Part shown: one piece after another, positions 43,501 to 58,500 of the stretch
Layout: each line of letters begins with the position of its first letter
How positions within the stretch are numbered: the stretch's first letter is position 1
Assembly (NCBI GenBank): GCA_026770705.1
Contig: JANJGN010000021.1
Span: forward strand, 107,756,001-107,820,000
DNA from: Isurus oxyrinchus
Taxonomy: Eukaryota
DNA: 64,000 bases
Direction: 5' to 3'
Position numbers and translations under genes: made by a program
Notes under the pieces: model-generated
Databases searched by the model: none
The model's input: only the letters and a program-made list of their open reading frames with translations
What the model was told of the DNA's origin: nothing

Positions 43501-46500
43501 ATCGATGGTGCTGAACGTTGACCTCTGGAAATAGCATAGACATAGATGGTGTATTTGGTGTTAGGCCTCAGGCCTGTGATGAGGTAGGAGCGCCGATTGG
43601 CCGTCACCGTCAGGTTCTGCACACTCTGGGAGCCCTGGGCTCTGTATTGGATCAGGAAGGAATCAAAGACCAACCGTGTCATCCAGGAGATCCGCACCGA
43701 GTGGGGAGTCACCCCAGAAATGGAAAGAGTGCCAAGTTTAACGGGTTTGACCGCGTCTTTATCTGTGGAGGCTAAAAGGAGGGTGGGGAGGAAAGAACAG
43801 AGGTAAAATATTCACCAGTGGCTCAAATTCACACCCAGATCAACAAAGTCAGAGAAACCCCAGAGGAAAACCAGCATCCAAAACAATTCCCACCAATCAG
43901 AATCACTTCTGTGTGACTCCCTACGCAGTCTGTAAGATACTCCTGGATGCTGAAGTCCACCTCAGTCGCTGTGGCACACGTGGTTTGGCCATAAACCAAC
44001 AAACCATCACCTCATGGTAAACAATGCAAGACTGCAGATGGAGTTGTATTGTCTGCACGGTGTGACAGGGAGCGTGTGACAGGAGGTTCATGTGACATGT
44101 ACAGGAAGAGGGTGCCACATGTTAAGAGGTTTCATACCAGCTCTTCACAACAAACTCGGACTCTCTACCATTAAAGTGTTAAATAAAAGGATTTGATTGG
44201 ATAGAGCAACTCATTCTCCTGCAACATCCCATTGTTCCTCACTGTGAAGTGAGCAGCCATTGTTATTAGGGACAGTTAACATAGAACAATCAGATGAATG
44301 AGGGGCTGACTCGAGCCATGGGTCTGGGAGTTGGGGTGTTGAACAGCAACATCAAACTTGCATTCATTTAGTGCCTTTAATATTGGAAAATCAGCCCTGA
44401 CATTGGGAACATTGGACAGAATACTGGAAATATTTTACAGGATACCTGGGACCTTGGACAGGAAATTGGAAAAACTCGACAGTGCACCAGAATATTGATC
44501 AGGACTCTCACGAATATTGGACACAGGATAATAATATGGTATTAATAATAAATTATAATATAGTATTATGTTAGCCAGTATAATGGGAAATATTGGACTG
44601 GACATCAGGAATATTGCCCAGTACACTATGAACATTGGAGAGGGCACCAGAAATACAGGGGAAAATTAGACTGGACAGTGGGGAATATTGGACTGGATCC
44701 TCGGGAATATCAGAGCAGACAGTGGGAATATTGGACTGGAGACTCAGAAATATAGGAGTGTAAAGTGGGGAACATTTGATTGGACACTGGGGAATATAGG
44801 AGTGGACACTGGGAATATTGTACTGGACAGTGGGAATATTGGACTCAAGACTCAGGAATATAGGACTGGAAAGTGGGTATCATTCGAATGGACAGTGGGA
44901 AATATTGGACAGGACACTCTGCTGCAATGTCCTGTGGCCGAGATGATTGGTTTCTGACACTGGATCAAAAAGATCTAACACGTTGTAAGTTGCAGTCAAA
45001 TGGATAAATAAAAAGCTTCCAGTAGATCAGAGCAGCAGATGTGTCTCCTTCGGATCGCTCGGGGCTGGGAGACACCCTCACTCTCACCCCCGAGAGCCCA
45101 CAACCTGCCTAGTACACTCGGCTCTGATGTTGGGAGAGGTCCCATATCTATGGCAACAGAATGATTTCTGTTGGAGGTGTGCAAGTTAAAACAAGAGCAC
45201 CCACTCATGAGATTGGTCCCCAAACATTTCCTCAGTCAATTTCCCTCCTCTCATTGGTCTGTCAGAGAAACATTCAGGGACAATTTTCCTTTTTGTAGGT
45301 TAGGAAGCAACAGACATTACAAAGTATCACTCATTTTCAGTGGAGATACCTGAGGTGTTGGTGGAAGTGGTCAGTGGCCTGGTGCGTTGGCCACCAGACA
45401 CCCCATAGAGATGGAGCCTGTAGGCGGTGGTAGGCCTCAAGCCTGTGATGACGGTGAACCGACGGTCACCGGTTACTGTGAGGTTTCTCACATCCTCAGA
45501 GCCCTCGAGCCCGTATTCAACGAGAAAGGAATCATAGGTCCTCTCTGTTTCCCAGGAGAGTTTGAGGGATTGGGCCGTGACCTTAGACACGGAGAAGTTG
45601 TCCAGATCTGCCACTTTGATCGACCTCTGACCCTCTTTATCTGTGGAGACTACAATTTAAAATAAAAACAATGATTGTTAATCGGCCCTCTAGCCTGAGC
45701 TGAGTAGAAAGATCGAGTGAGTTCTGGACAGGAAATTGAGGAAAAGCAAATCCCAATGAGGAGAGGAACACTCTTTAACCCTTTTGAGATTCTTCCCTCT
45801 ATCCCAGTGCGGAACTCACGCCAGCATTGACAGAGAATTCAGCTGAGAAATGATGCTCCTAAATTCAATGGTGCCTCAAGGAATGCAAGATTTAACAGCA
45901 CCTCACCAGCAGCTGAAGCAGACTCCGAGAACAACAACAACAACAACTTGCATTTATCTAGCACCATTAGAATTGTCAAACATCCCAATGCACATCACAG
46001 GAGCGTTTTCAGACGGAATTTAACGCCGAAATACATAATGAGATATCAGAACGGTAATGGAAAGCTTGGCCAAAGAGGTAGAATTTTACAGAGAACAGAG
46101 CTAGTTAGATATGTTGAAGAATATGGACAGAAGGGTAATAAAGTCTATTATTAGAAATGAATAGACCAGGTTGAGTCTCGGCACATTCTGAACTGCTTTA
46201 GTCTTTATGTCACTGAACCAGACAAACTCTGATAGACTAACAGGAAACTTCAACAAGCACAGACTCAATGGAGACACCATACATCACAACACCGAGAATT
46301 CAATGTCCAGTCTGATTACTGTATATCTAAAAGGAGCTTCACTGGATTCAGGATTGTAACTGGGTTTAATAACACCCTGATATCCAACGCAGCTCAGCCT
46401 GTCAGGAATCTCCCAATGGGAAATTTCCCCAGCTTTTCACTGAAACAAATAGTTCTGCAGGGACCTCACAAGTGAGAATCAACACAATTTACTTCAACTA

Positions 46501-49500
46501 AAACACAGACAGTAAATGGGGAATAAACACATCCAGATCTGAAACCTTCCTGAAGAAACCCAAGGCACAATGTCTTTTACTAACAGGAAGGCAGGTCAGA
46601 GGATCTGTGCCGGTTCTTTGAAAGATCAATCCAATTAGTCCCACCATGCCTACTCCTCCTCCATAAACGAGTTACTTTTTCCCCTTCAAGTATTTATCTG
46701 AGTCTCTTTTCACTGTTACTACTGAAACATCTTTCACCATCTCCTCAGACAGTATTTGACCAGGTTGTTATGTAATAAATGTTTCCTCATGTTGTTTCTG
46801 GTTCTTTTGCCAATCCCCTTCATTCTGTGTGCACTGGTTACAGACCCTCTTGCTACTGAAAATGTTTGGAATCCTAGAATCATGAACATTTACCGCACGG
46901 AGCAGGCATTTTGGCCCATTGTGTCCCTGCCAGCCCTCTACAAGGTCAATTAACCACTGCTACTCCCCTGCCCGTTTCTTTGTCGTTCTGCAAATCTGCT
47001 TTGCTCAAGTAATTATCCAATTCCCTTCTGAAAGCCTCTATTGAATCTGGCTCCATCACATATTCAGGCAGTGAAAACCATGTTTATATGTGCATATGTC
47101 TTCTGTTTAAACCCTTCTAGATTTTAAGCTGCTGTTTCAAATCTCTCCGTCTTCTCTGTCCAAGGAGAACAATCTGATCTCCAGTCTCACCGCATAACTG
47201 AAGTTCCTCCTCCCTGGAACCATTCTAGTGAATCTCTACTGCCCTCTTTCCAAGGCCTGCACATTCTTCCTAAAGTGCGGTTCGTGAAAGAAAGAAATTG
47301 ACAGAAATGAGATGAAGGAAATTCCTCCTCTTTGACCATGTTCGCGAGGCCTAGGGTAGCGGAAGAGTATGAAATAAAGTCACAGACACATCATCATACC
47401 CTCGGCCAAAGGGGCATGTTGGCCATTGTTCTAGGAGGTACAGGTCAGGGAAGGAAGGTAGGCCAACTATGATGTGTTACTGATTTTTCCTGCGGGGAGC
47501 AGCACAAAGTTGATCAGGGAAAGGCATTGGGAAGCACATGATTCACAAGGATGAATCACTGGAGGATATTTATATGCAGCCCCCATTGCGGGCGTGGGTT
47601 ATAAATATAGATGAGCCTGCACATCCTCACGCGGAGAGATGAGACCAGATTTGGAAGCCACAATGCCGGCTGACTTGATAAATGGGCACCATCACTTGTG
47701 ACTTTGCGGCAGTGAATACACGATGATCCATCTTTCCGGCTCTCAGACAGTCAGTGCTCCCTCTGACTGGAATCCTGAGCATCTCGGTCTATAACAGTCA
47801 TTGGACAGAGTGACCAGCATCGCCATAGCAACCGAGATAAGCTTGGGAATGGAAGAGATGGAGAAAATATTGACAGCCGACAAGCCCATCGGAGATGGGA
47901 AGTAAAAGCAGAAGTAATATTTTCCCTCATAAAGGCATCCGGTGAGAAATGAGGAAAATATTTTTCGCTATCTGTGGTATTAAAAGACAGAGAATGCAGT
48001 TATTTCACCGGGAATTGTTATGGCAATTGGCTGAACGATAGGTACCTTTTGTGGTGATTACAATTGTCGATGGTGCTGAGCGTTGACCTCTGGAAATAGC
48101 ATAGACATAGATGGTGTATTTGGTGTTAGGCCTCAGGCCTGTGATGATGTAGGAGCGCCGATTGGCTGTCACCGTCAGGTTCCGCAAACTCTGGGAGCCC
48201 TGGGCTCTGTATTGGATCAGGAAGGAATCAAAGACCAACTGTGTCATCCAGGAGATCTGCACCGAGTGGGGCGTCACCCCAGAAATGGAAAGAGCGCCAA
48301 GTTTAACAGGTTTGACCGCATCTTCACCTGTGGAGGCTCAAAGGAGGAAGGAGGGGAGGAAAGAACAGAGGTAAAATATTCACCAGCGGCTCGAATCCAC
48401 ACCCAGATCAACAAAGTCAGAGAAACCCCAGAGGAAAACCAGCAGCCAAAACGATTCCCACCAATCAGAATCACTTGTGTGTGACTCCCTACGCAGTCTG
48501 TAAGATACTCATGGATGCTGAAGTCCACCTCAGTCACTGTGACACACTTAGTTTGGCTGTAAACTGACAAACCGTCACCTCATGGTAAACAATGTAAGAA
48601 TGCGGATGGAGTTGTATTGTCTGCACAATGTGATGGGGAGCGTGTGACAGGAGGTTTGTGTGACATGTCGAGGAAGAGGGTGCCACATGCCACAAGGTTT
48701 CATACTAGCTCTTCACAACAAACTCGGACTGTTTCTGCCATTACTGTGTTAAAAAGAAAGGCTTTGATTGGATAGAGCACCTCATTCTCCAGCATCATCC
48801 CAATGTTCCTCACTGTGAAGTGAGCAGCCATTGTTATTAGGGACAATTAACAAAGAACAATGAGATGAATGAGGTGCTGACTCGAGCTATGGATCTGGGA
48901 GTCGGGGTTTTGAACAGCAACATCAAACTTGCATTAACTTCGTGCCTTTCATATTGGAAAATCAGCCCTGACACTGGGAATATTGGAGAGGATACTCGAA
49001 ATATTTGACAGGATACCAGGAAGTATTGGATGCGTCAAGAATATTGGATTCTCAGTAAATTGTAATATTAATAATATATCAATAATATATTATAATATAG
49101 TATTGTGTTAGCCAGTGTAATTGTAAATATTGGACTAGACACCTGGAACATTGCCCAGTACATTGGGAATATTGGGCAGGGCATCAGAAATACTGGGAAA
49201 TATTGGATGGGACAGTGGAACTACTGGACTGGATAGTGGGGAAAATTGGACTGGACAGTGCGAATCTTGGAGTGGACATTGGGAATCTTGGACTGGACAG
49301 TGATGAATATTGGACTGGACACTGGGGAGTATTGGACTGGGCAGTGGGGAGTATTGGACTGGACAGTGCAGAATATTGGATTGGACAGTGGGGAATATTG
49401 GACTGGACCCTGGGAATATTGGACAGGCCAGTTGGAAATATTAGACTGGACACTGGGGAATATTGGACTGGACAGTGGAAAATATTGGACTGGACAGTAG

Positions 49501-52500
49501 GGAATATTGAACTGGACACTGGGGAGTATTGGACTGGACACTGGGGAGTATTGGACTGGACAGTGGGGAATATTGGATTGGACAGTGGGGAATATTGGAC
49601 TAGACCCTGGGAATATCAGACAGGATAGTGGGAATATTGGACTGGGCACTGGAATATTGCACTGAATGCTGTGATGTCCTGTGGCCGAGATGATTGGTTT
49701 CTGTCATTTGGATCAAACAGATCTAACGTTGTAAATTGCAGTCAAGGGACTGAAACAAGTTCCCTGCAGATCAGAGCAGTGGATCTGTCAGCTTCGAACT
49801 GATCGGGGCTGGGAGACACCTTCCCCTCCCCCCGAGTGCCCAGAACCTGCCTGGTATACTCAGCTCTGATGTTGGTAGAGGTCCCATATCGATAGCAACA
49901 GAATGATTTCTGTTGGAGCTGTGCAAGTTAAAATGAGAGCACTCACTCATGAGAGTGCTCCCCAAACATTTTCTTGGTCAATTTCCCTCTGTCAGAAAAA
50001 CATTCAGGGATAGTTTTCCTTTTTCCAGGTTAGGAAGCAACAGAAATTACAAAGTATCACTCATTTTCAGTGGAGTTACCTGAGGTGTTGGCGGAAGTGG
50101 TCAGTGGCCTGGTCTGTTGGCCACCAGAAACCCCATAGAGATGGAGCCTGTAGGCGGTGGTTGGCCTCAGGCCTGTGATGACGGTGGATTGACGGTCACC
50201 GGTTACCGTGAGGTTTCTCACATCCTCAGAGCCCTCAAGCCCGTATTCGATGAGAAAGGAATCATAGGTCCTCTCTGTTCCCCAGGAGAGTTTGAGGGAT
50301 TGGGCTGTGACCTTAGACACGGAGAAATTGTCCAGATCCGCCACTTCGATCGGCCTCTGACCCTCTTTATCTATGAAGACTATAATTTAAAATAAAAACA
50401 ATGATCATTAATCGGCCTTTTGGCCTGACCTGAGGAGAAAGGTCGAGTGAGTTCTGGACAAGAAATGAAGGAAAAGCAATTCCCATGAGGAGAGGAAGAG
50501 AAAAGAACGCTCCTTAACTCATCTGAGATTCTCCCCTCTATCCCAGTGCTGGACTCACTCCAGCATTGATGGAGTATTTAGCTGAGAAAAGATGCTCCTA
50601 AAGTTAAAGGTTCCTCAAGGAATGCAAGATTTAACGAGATCTCAACAGTAGCTGAAGCAGATTCCGAGAACAACAACAACTTGCATTTATCTAGCACTGT
50701 TAGAAGAGTCAAACATCCCAATGCCCATCACAGAAGTGTTTTCAGATGGAATTTAACAGTGAGACACGTATAGAGAGATCAGAACAGGTAATAGAAAGCT
50801 TGGCCAAAGAGGTAGAATTTAACAGAGAACAGAGCTAGTTCGAGAGGTTGAAGAATACGGACAGAAGGGTAATAATGTCCATTATAGAATGAATAGACCA
50901 GGTTGAGCTTCGGCACATTCTGAACTGCTTTAGTCTTTATGTCACTGAACCAGACAAACTCTGATAGACTAACAGGAAACTTCAATAAGCACAGACTCAA
51001 TAGTCTGTCCTGACATCACAACATCGAGAATTCAATGTCCAAGTCTGCTTATTTGTAAATCTAAAATGAGCTTCACTGGATTCAGGAGTGCAACCAGGTT
51101 TAATAACACCCTGATATCCAACCCAGCTCAGCCTGTCAGGAATCTCCCAATGGGAAATTTCCCCAGCTTTTCACTGAAACAAATAGTTCTGTAGGGACCT
51201 CACATGTGAGAATCAGAACACAATTTACTTCAACTAAAACACAGACAATAAACGGGGAATAAACACATCCAGTTCTGAAAGCTTCCTGAAGAAATCCAAG
51301 GCACAAGTTTTTTATGAACAGGAAGGCAGGTCAGAGGATCACAAAATGATAGAGCACAGAAGGAGGCCATTCTGCCCATCATGTCTGTGCCAGATCTTTG
51401 AAAGATCAATTCAATTATTCCCAACACGCCTACTCCTCCCCCATAACCAAGTTAATTTTTCCTCTTCAAGTATTTATCTGAGTCTCTTTTCACTGTTATT
51501 CTTGAATCGTCCTCCATCATCTTCACAGAAAGTGTTTGTCCAGATCGTTGTGTAATAAATGTTTCCTCATGTTGTTTCTGGTTCTTTTGCCAATCCTCAT
51601 TGATCTGTGTGCACTGGTTACCATCCCTCCTTCCACTGGAAATTGTTTGGAATCCTAGACTCATGAATATTTATCGCACGGAGGAGGCCTTTTGGCCCAT
51701 TGTGTCCCTGCCAGCCCTCTGCAAGGTCAGTTCACCACTGCTATTCCCCCTCCCGTTTCTCTGTCATTCTGCAAATCTGCTCAGCTCAGGTAATTATCCA
51801 ATTCCCTGTAGACAACCTATATTGAATCTGGCTCGACCACACTTTCAGGCAGTGTATACCACGTTTATATAGGTGAAAATCCTCTGTTTAAAGCCTTCTA
51901 GATTTTAAACTGCTCTTTCAATTCTCTCCTTCGTCTTCTCTGCTCCAAGGATAACAATCTGATCTCCAGTCTCTCCACATAACTGAAGTTCCTCCTCCCT
52001 GGACACATTCTAGTGAACATCCACTGCCCTTTTTCCGAGGCCTGCACATCCTTCCTAAACCATATTTCGTGAAGGAGAAAAAGATTGATAGAAATGAGAG
52101 GAAGGAAATTCCTCCTCTCTGACTATGATGGCAAGGCCTGGGGTAGCGAAAGAGCATGAGATAAAGTCACAGACACATCATCATACCCTTGGCCAATGGG
52201 GACCATCGGCCATGGTTCTGGGAGCGACAGGTTAGAGAAGGAAAGTTGGCCAACTATGATGTGTTGTTGAGGTTTCCTGCGGGGAGCAGCACAAAGTTGA
52301 TCAGGAAAAGCCATTGGGAAGCACGTGATTCACAAGGATGAATCACTGGAGGATATTTATATGCAGCCCCCATTGCAGGCATGGATTATAAATATAGATG
52401 AGCCTGCACATCCTCACAGGGATTGATTAGACCAGATTTGGAAGCCTCAATGCCGGCTGATGTGATAACTTGTCTCCATCACTTGTGACTTTGCGGCAGT

Positions 52501-55500
52501 GAATACACGAGGATCCGACTTTCCGGCTCAGAGACAGTCACTGCTCCCATTGACTGGAACCCTGAGCTTCTCGGCCTATCACAGTCATTGGTCAGAGTGA
52601 CCGGCATCACCATAGCAACTGATAAAAGCTTGGGAATGGAAGAGAGAGAAATAGTATCGACAGATGACAAGCCCATTGGAGATGGGAAGTAAAAGCAGAT
52701 GAAAATATTTTCCCTCGGAAAGGAATCCGCTGAGAAATGAGGAAAATATTTTTCGCTGTCGGTGGTAGTAAAAGACGGACAATGCAGGCATTTCACCGGG
52801 AATTGTGATGGCAATTGGCTGAACGATAGGTACCTCTTGTGGTGATTACAGCTATCGATGGTGCTGAGCGTTGACCTCTGGAAATTGCATAGACATAGAT
52901 GGTGTATTTGATGTTAGGCCTCAGGCCTGTGATGAGGTAGGAGCGCCGACTGGCAGTCACCGTCAGGTTCCGCACACTCTGGGAGCCCTGGGCTCTGTAT
53001 TGGATCAGGAAGGAATCAAAGACCAACTGTGTCGTCCAGGAGATCCGCACCGAGTGGGCAGTCACCCCGGAAATGGAAATAGCACCGAGTTTAATTTGTT
53101 TGACTGCATCTTTATCTGTGGAGTCTCAACGGAGGAGGACGGGGGAGGAAAGAGGACAGTTAAACTATTCACCAGTGGGTCGAATCCACACCCAGTTCAA
53201 CAAAGTCAGAGAAACCCCAGAGCAAAACCAGCAGCCAAAACGATTCCCACCAATCAGAATCACTTCTGTGTGACTCCCTATGCAGCCTGTAAGATACTCT
53301 TGGATGCTGAGGTCCACCTCAGCCATTGTGAGACACTTATTTTGGCCCTAAACCAACAAACTGTCACCTCACGGGAAACAATGTAACAATGGGGATGGAG
53401 TTGTATTGTCTGCACCGTGTGATGGGGAGCGTGTGACAGGAGGTTCGTCTGGCATGTCCAGGAAGAGGGCACCGCATGCTAAGAAGTTTCATACCAGCTC
53501 TTCACTGCAAACTCGTACTGTTTCTGCCATTACTGTGTTGAGAAGACAGGTTTTCACTGGATAGAGCAGTTCATTCTCCAGCATCATCCCAATGATCCTC
53601 ACTGTGAAGTGAGCAGCCATTGTTATTAGGGACAATTAACAACGAACAATAAGATGAATGAGGGGCTGACTCGAGCCATGGGCCTGGGAGTTGGGGTGAT
53701 GAACAGCAACATCAAACCTGCATAACTTTGTGCCTTTAATATTGGAAAGTCAGCCATGACACTGGGAATATTGGACAGGATACTGGAAATATATGACAGG
53801 TTACCAGGAAGTATTGGCCAGTCTTGTGGAATATTGGATTCTCAGTAATATTATAATATTAATAATATATTAATAATATATAATAATATAGTACTATGTT
53901 AGCCAGTGTAATTGTAAATATTGGACTGGACTGTTAGGAATATTGGACTGGACACTGGGGACTTTTGGACTGGACAGTGGGGAATATTGGGCTGGACAGT
54001 GGGGAACATTGGACTGGACCCTGGGAATATTGGACAGGACAGTGGGAATATTGGACTCGACACTGGAATATCGCACTGAATGCTCTGCTGTGCTGTCCCG
54101 TGGCCGAGATGATTGGTTTCTGTCATTTGGATCAAAAAGATCTAACACGTTGTAAGTTGCAGTCAAAGGGACAAACAAAAATCTTCCTGCAGATCAGAGC
54201 AGCAGATCTGTCACCTTCAAATCGCTCGGGGCTGGGAGACACCCTACCTTCCCCCCGAGTGCCCACGACCTGCCTGTTATACTCGGCTCTGATGTTGGGA
54301 GAGGTTCAATATCTATGGCAACAGAGTGATTTCTGTTGGAGCTGTGCAAGTTAAAATGAGAGCACCCGCTCATGAGTTTGGTCCCCAAACGTTTCTTCAG
54401 TCAATTTCCCTCTTCTCATTGGTCTGTCAGAGAAACACTCAAGGATAATTTTCCTTTTTGTAGGTTAGGAAGCAACAGAAATTACAAAGTATCACTCATT
54501 TTCAGTGGAAATACCTGAAGTGTTGGCGGAAGTGGTCAGTGGCCTAGTGCGTTGGCCACCAGAAACCCCATAGAGATGGAACCTGTAGGCGGTGGTAGGC
54601 CTCAAGCCTGTGATGATGGTGGATCGACGGTCACCGGTTACCGTGAGGTTTCTCACATCCTCAGAGCCCTCAAGTCCGTATTCGATGTGAAAGGAATCAT
54701 AGGTCCTCTCTGTTTCCCAGGAGAGTTTGAGGGATTGGGCCGTGACCTTAGACACGGAGAAATTGTCCAGATCCACCACTTCGATCAGCCTCTGACCTTC
54801 TTTATCTGTGGAGACTACAATTTCAAATAAAAACAATGATCATTAATCAGCCCTTTGGCCTGACCTGAGTAGAAAGGTCGTGTGAATTCTGGACAGGAAA
54901 TTGAGGAAAAGCAATTCCCAATGAGAAGAGGAAGAGAGAGGAACACTCCTTAACTCATCTGAAATTCTCCCCTCTATCCCAGCATTGACGGAGAATTTGG
55001 CTGATAAAAGATGCTCCTAAAGTAAAAGGTTCCTCAAGGAATGCAAGATTTAACGGCACCTCACCAGCAGCTGAAGCAGATTCCAAGAACAACAACTAAC
55101 AACAAGTTGCATTTATCTAACACCATTAGAATAGTCAAACATCCCAATGCCCATCATAGGAGCATTTTCAGACTGAATTTAACGCCGAGAGATGTAAAGA
55201 GATATCAGAACAGGTAATGGAAAGCTTGGCCAAAGAGGTAGAATTTTACAGAGAACAGAGCTAGTTAGATATGTTGAAGAATATGGACAGAAGGGTAATA
55301 ATGTTCATTATTAGTCTGAATAGACCAAGTTGAGTGTAGGCACATTCTGAATTGCTTTAGCCTTTATGTCACTGAACCAGACAAACTCTGATAGACTAAC
55401 AGGAAACTTCAATAAGCACAGACTCAACAGACCTGAAGAGACACCATACATCACAACACCAGTTCTGTTGAAGGGTCATGAGGACTCGAAACGTCAACTC

Positions 55501-58500
55501 TTTTCTTCTCTGCCGATGCTGCCAGTCCTGCTGAATTTTTCCAGGTAATTCTGTTTTTGTTTGGCCGAGAATTCAATGTCCAGTCTGATTCCTTGTAAAT
55601 CTGAAAGGAGCTTCACTGGATTCAGGCGTGTAACTGGGTTTAATAACACCCTGATATCCAACCCAGCTCAGCCTGTCAGGAATCTCTCAGTGGGAAATTT
55701 CCCCAGCTTTTCACTGAAGTAAATAGTTCTGTAGGGACCTCACACGTGAGAATCAGAACACAATTTACTTCAACTAAACACAGACAGTAAATGGGGATAA
55801 ACACATCCAGGTCTGAAATCTTCGTGAAGAAACGCAAGGCACAATGTGTTTTACTAACAGGAAGGCAGGTCAGAGGATCACAGAATGATAGAGCACAGGA
55901 GGCCATTCAGCCCATCAATATCTGTGCCAGATCTTTGAAAGATCAATCCAATTAGTCCCACCACGCCTACTCCTCCTCCATAAACGAGTTACTTTTTTCC
56001 CTTCAAGTATTTATCTGAGTCTCTTTTCACTGTTACTACTGAAACGCCTTCCACCATCTCCTCAGACAGTATTTGTCCAGATGGTTGTGTAATAAATGTT
56101 TCCTCATGTTGTTTCTGGTTTTTTACCAATCCCCTTCATTCTGTGTGCACTGGTTACTGACCCTCTTGCTACTGGAAAATGTTTGGAATCCTAGACTCAT
56201 GAACATTTACCGCACGGAGGAGGCCTTTTGGCCCATTGTGTTCCTGCCAGCCCTCTACAAAGTCAATTCAGCCCTGCTACTCCCGCGCCCGTTTCTTTGT
56301 CGTTCTGCAAATCTGCTCTGCTCAAGTAATTATCCAATTCCCTTCTGAAAGCCTCTATTGAATCTGGCTCCACCACACTTTCAGGCAGTGTATACTACAT
56401 TTATATGGGCCATATGTCCTCTGTTTAAACCCTTCTAGATTTTAAACTGCTCTTTCAAATCTCTCCTTTGTCTTCTGTGCTCCAAGGAGAACAATCTGAT
56501 CTCCGGTGTCTTCACATAACTGAAGTTCCTCCTCCCTAGAACCATTCTAGTGAATCTCCACTGCCCTCTTTCCAAAGACTGCACATCCTTCCTAAAGTGC
56601 GGTTTGTGAAAGATAAAGAGATTGACAGAAATGAGAGGAAGGAAATTCCTCCTCTTTGACCATGTTCGCGAGGCCTGGGGTAGCGGAAAAGCGTGAAATA
56701 AAGTCGCAGACACATCATCATACCCTTGGCCAAAGGGGCATGTTGGCCATTGTTCTGAGAGGTACAGATCAGAGAAGGAAAGTCGGCCAACTATGATGTG
56801 TTGTTGAGTTTTCCTGCGGGGAGCAGCACAAAGTTGATCAGGAAAAGCCATTGGGAAGCACATGATTCACAAGGATGTATCACTGGAGAATATTTATACG
56901 CATCCCCCATTGCGGGTGTGGGTTATAAAAATAGATGAGCCTGCACATCCTCACAGGGAGAGATTGGACCAGATTTGGAAGCCTCAATGCCGGCTGATGT
57001 GATAACTGGGCACCATCATTTGTGACTTTGCGGCAGTGAATACATGAGGATCCGACTTTCCGGCTTTCAGACAGTCACTGCTCCCATTGACCGGAACCCT
57101 GAGCTTCTCGGACTATGACAGTCATTGTTCCATAATGACCAGCATCGCGATAGCAACTGATAAAAGCTTGGGAATGGAAGAGATGGAGAGAATATTGACA
57201 GCCAACAAGCCCATCGGAGATGGGAAGTAAAAGCAGATGAAAATATTTTCCCTCAGAAAGGCATCCGGTGAGAAATGAGGAAAATATTTTTCGCTGGCTG
57301 CGGTAGTAAAAGAATGCAGGTATTTCACCGGGAATTGTGATGGCAATTGGCTGAACGATAGGTACCTCTTGTGGTGATTACAGCTATCGATGGTGCTGAG
57401 CGTTGACCTCTGGAAATTGCATAGACATAGATGGTGTATTTGGTGTTAGGCGTCAGGCCTGTGATGAGGTAGGAGCGCCGATTGGCCGTCACCGTCAGGT
57501 TCCGCACACTCTGGGAGCCCTGGGCTCTGTATTGGATCAGGAAGGAATCAAAGACCAACTGTGTCATCCAGGAGATCCGCACCGAGTGGGCAGTCACCCC
57601 GGAAATAGAGCGCCAAGTTTAACGGGTTTGACCGCGTCTTTAACTGTGGAGTCTCAAAGGAGGAGGGAGGGGGGGAGAGGAAATGACAAAGGTAAAATAT
57701 TCACCAGCGGGTTGAATCCACACCCAGATCAACAAAATCAGAGAAACCCCTGCGGAAAACCAGCATCCGAAACGATTCCCACCAATCAGAATCACTTCTG
57801 TGTGACTCCCTACACAGCCTGTAAGATACTCCTGGATGCTGAAGTCCACCTCAGTCGCTGTGGCACACGTGGTTTGGCCCTAAACTGACAAACTGTCACC
57901 TCATGGTAAACAAATAAAGACTGCAGATGGAGTTGTATTGTCTGCCCGGTATGACGGGGAGCATGTGACAGGAGGTTCATGTGACATGTACAGGAAGAGG
58001 GCGCCACATGCTAAGAGGTTTCATACCAGCTCTTCAGAAGAAATTCGGACTCTGCCATTACAGTGGATTACATTACATGCTGAAGTCCACCTCAGTCGCT
58101 GTGGCACATGGGGTTTGGCTGTAAACCAACCAACTGTCACCTCACGGTAAACAATGTAACAATGCGGATGGAGTTGTATTGTGTGCACAGTGTGACAGGG
58201 TGTGTGTGACAGGAGTTTCGTGTGACATGTACAGGAAGAGGGCGCCACATGCTAAGAGGTTTCATACCAGCTCTTCACAGCAGACTCGGACTCTCTCTGC
58301 CATTACAGTGTTAAAAAGAAAGGCTTTGATTGGATAGAGCAGCTCATTCTCCAGCAACATTCCAATGTCCATCACTGTGAAGTGAGCAGCCATTGTTATT
58401 AGGGACAATTAACAAAGAACAATCAGAAGAATGAGGGGCTGACTCGAACCATAGGTCTGGGTGTTGGGGTTTTAAAGAGCAACATCAAACTTGCATTCAT

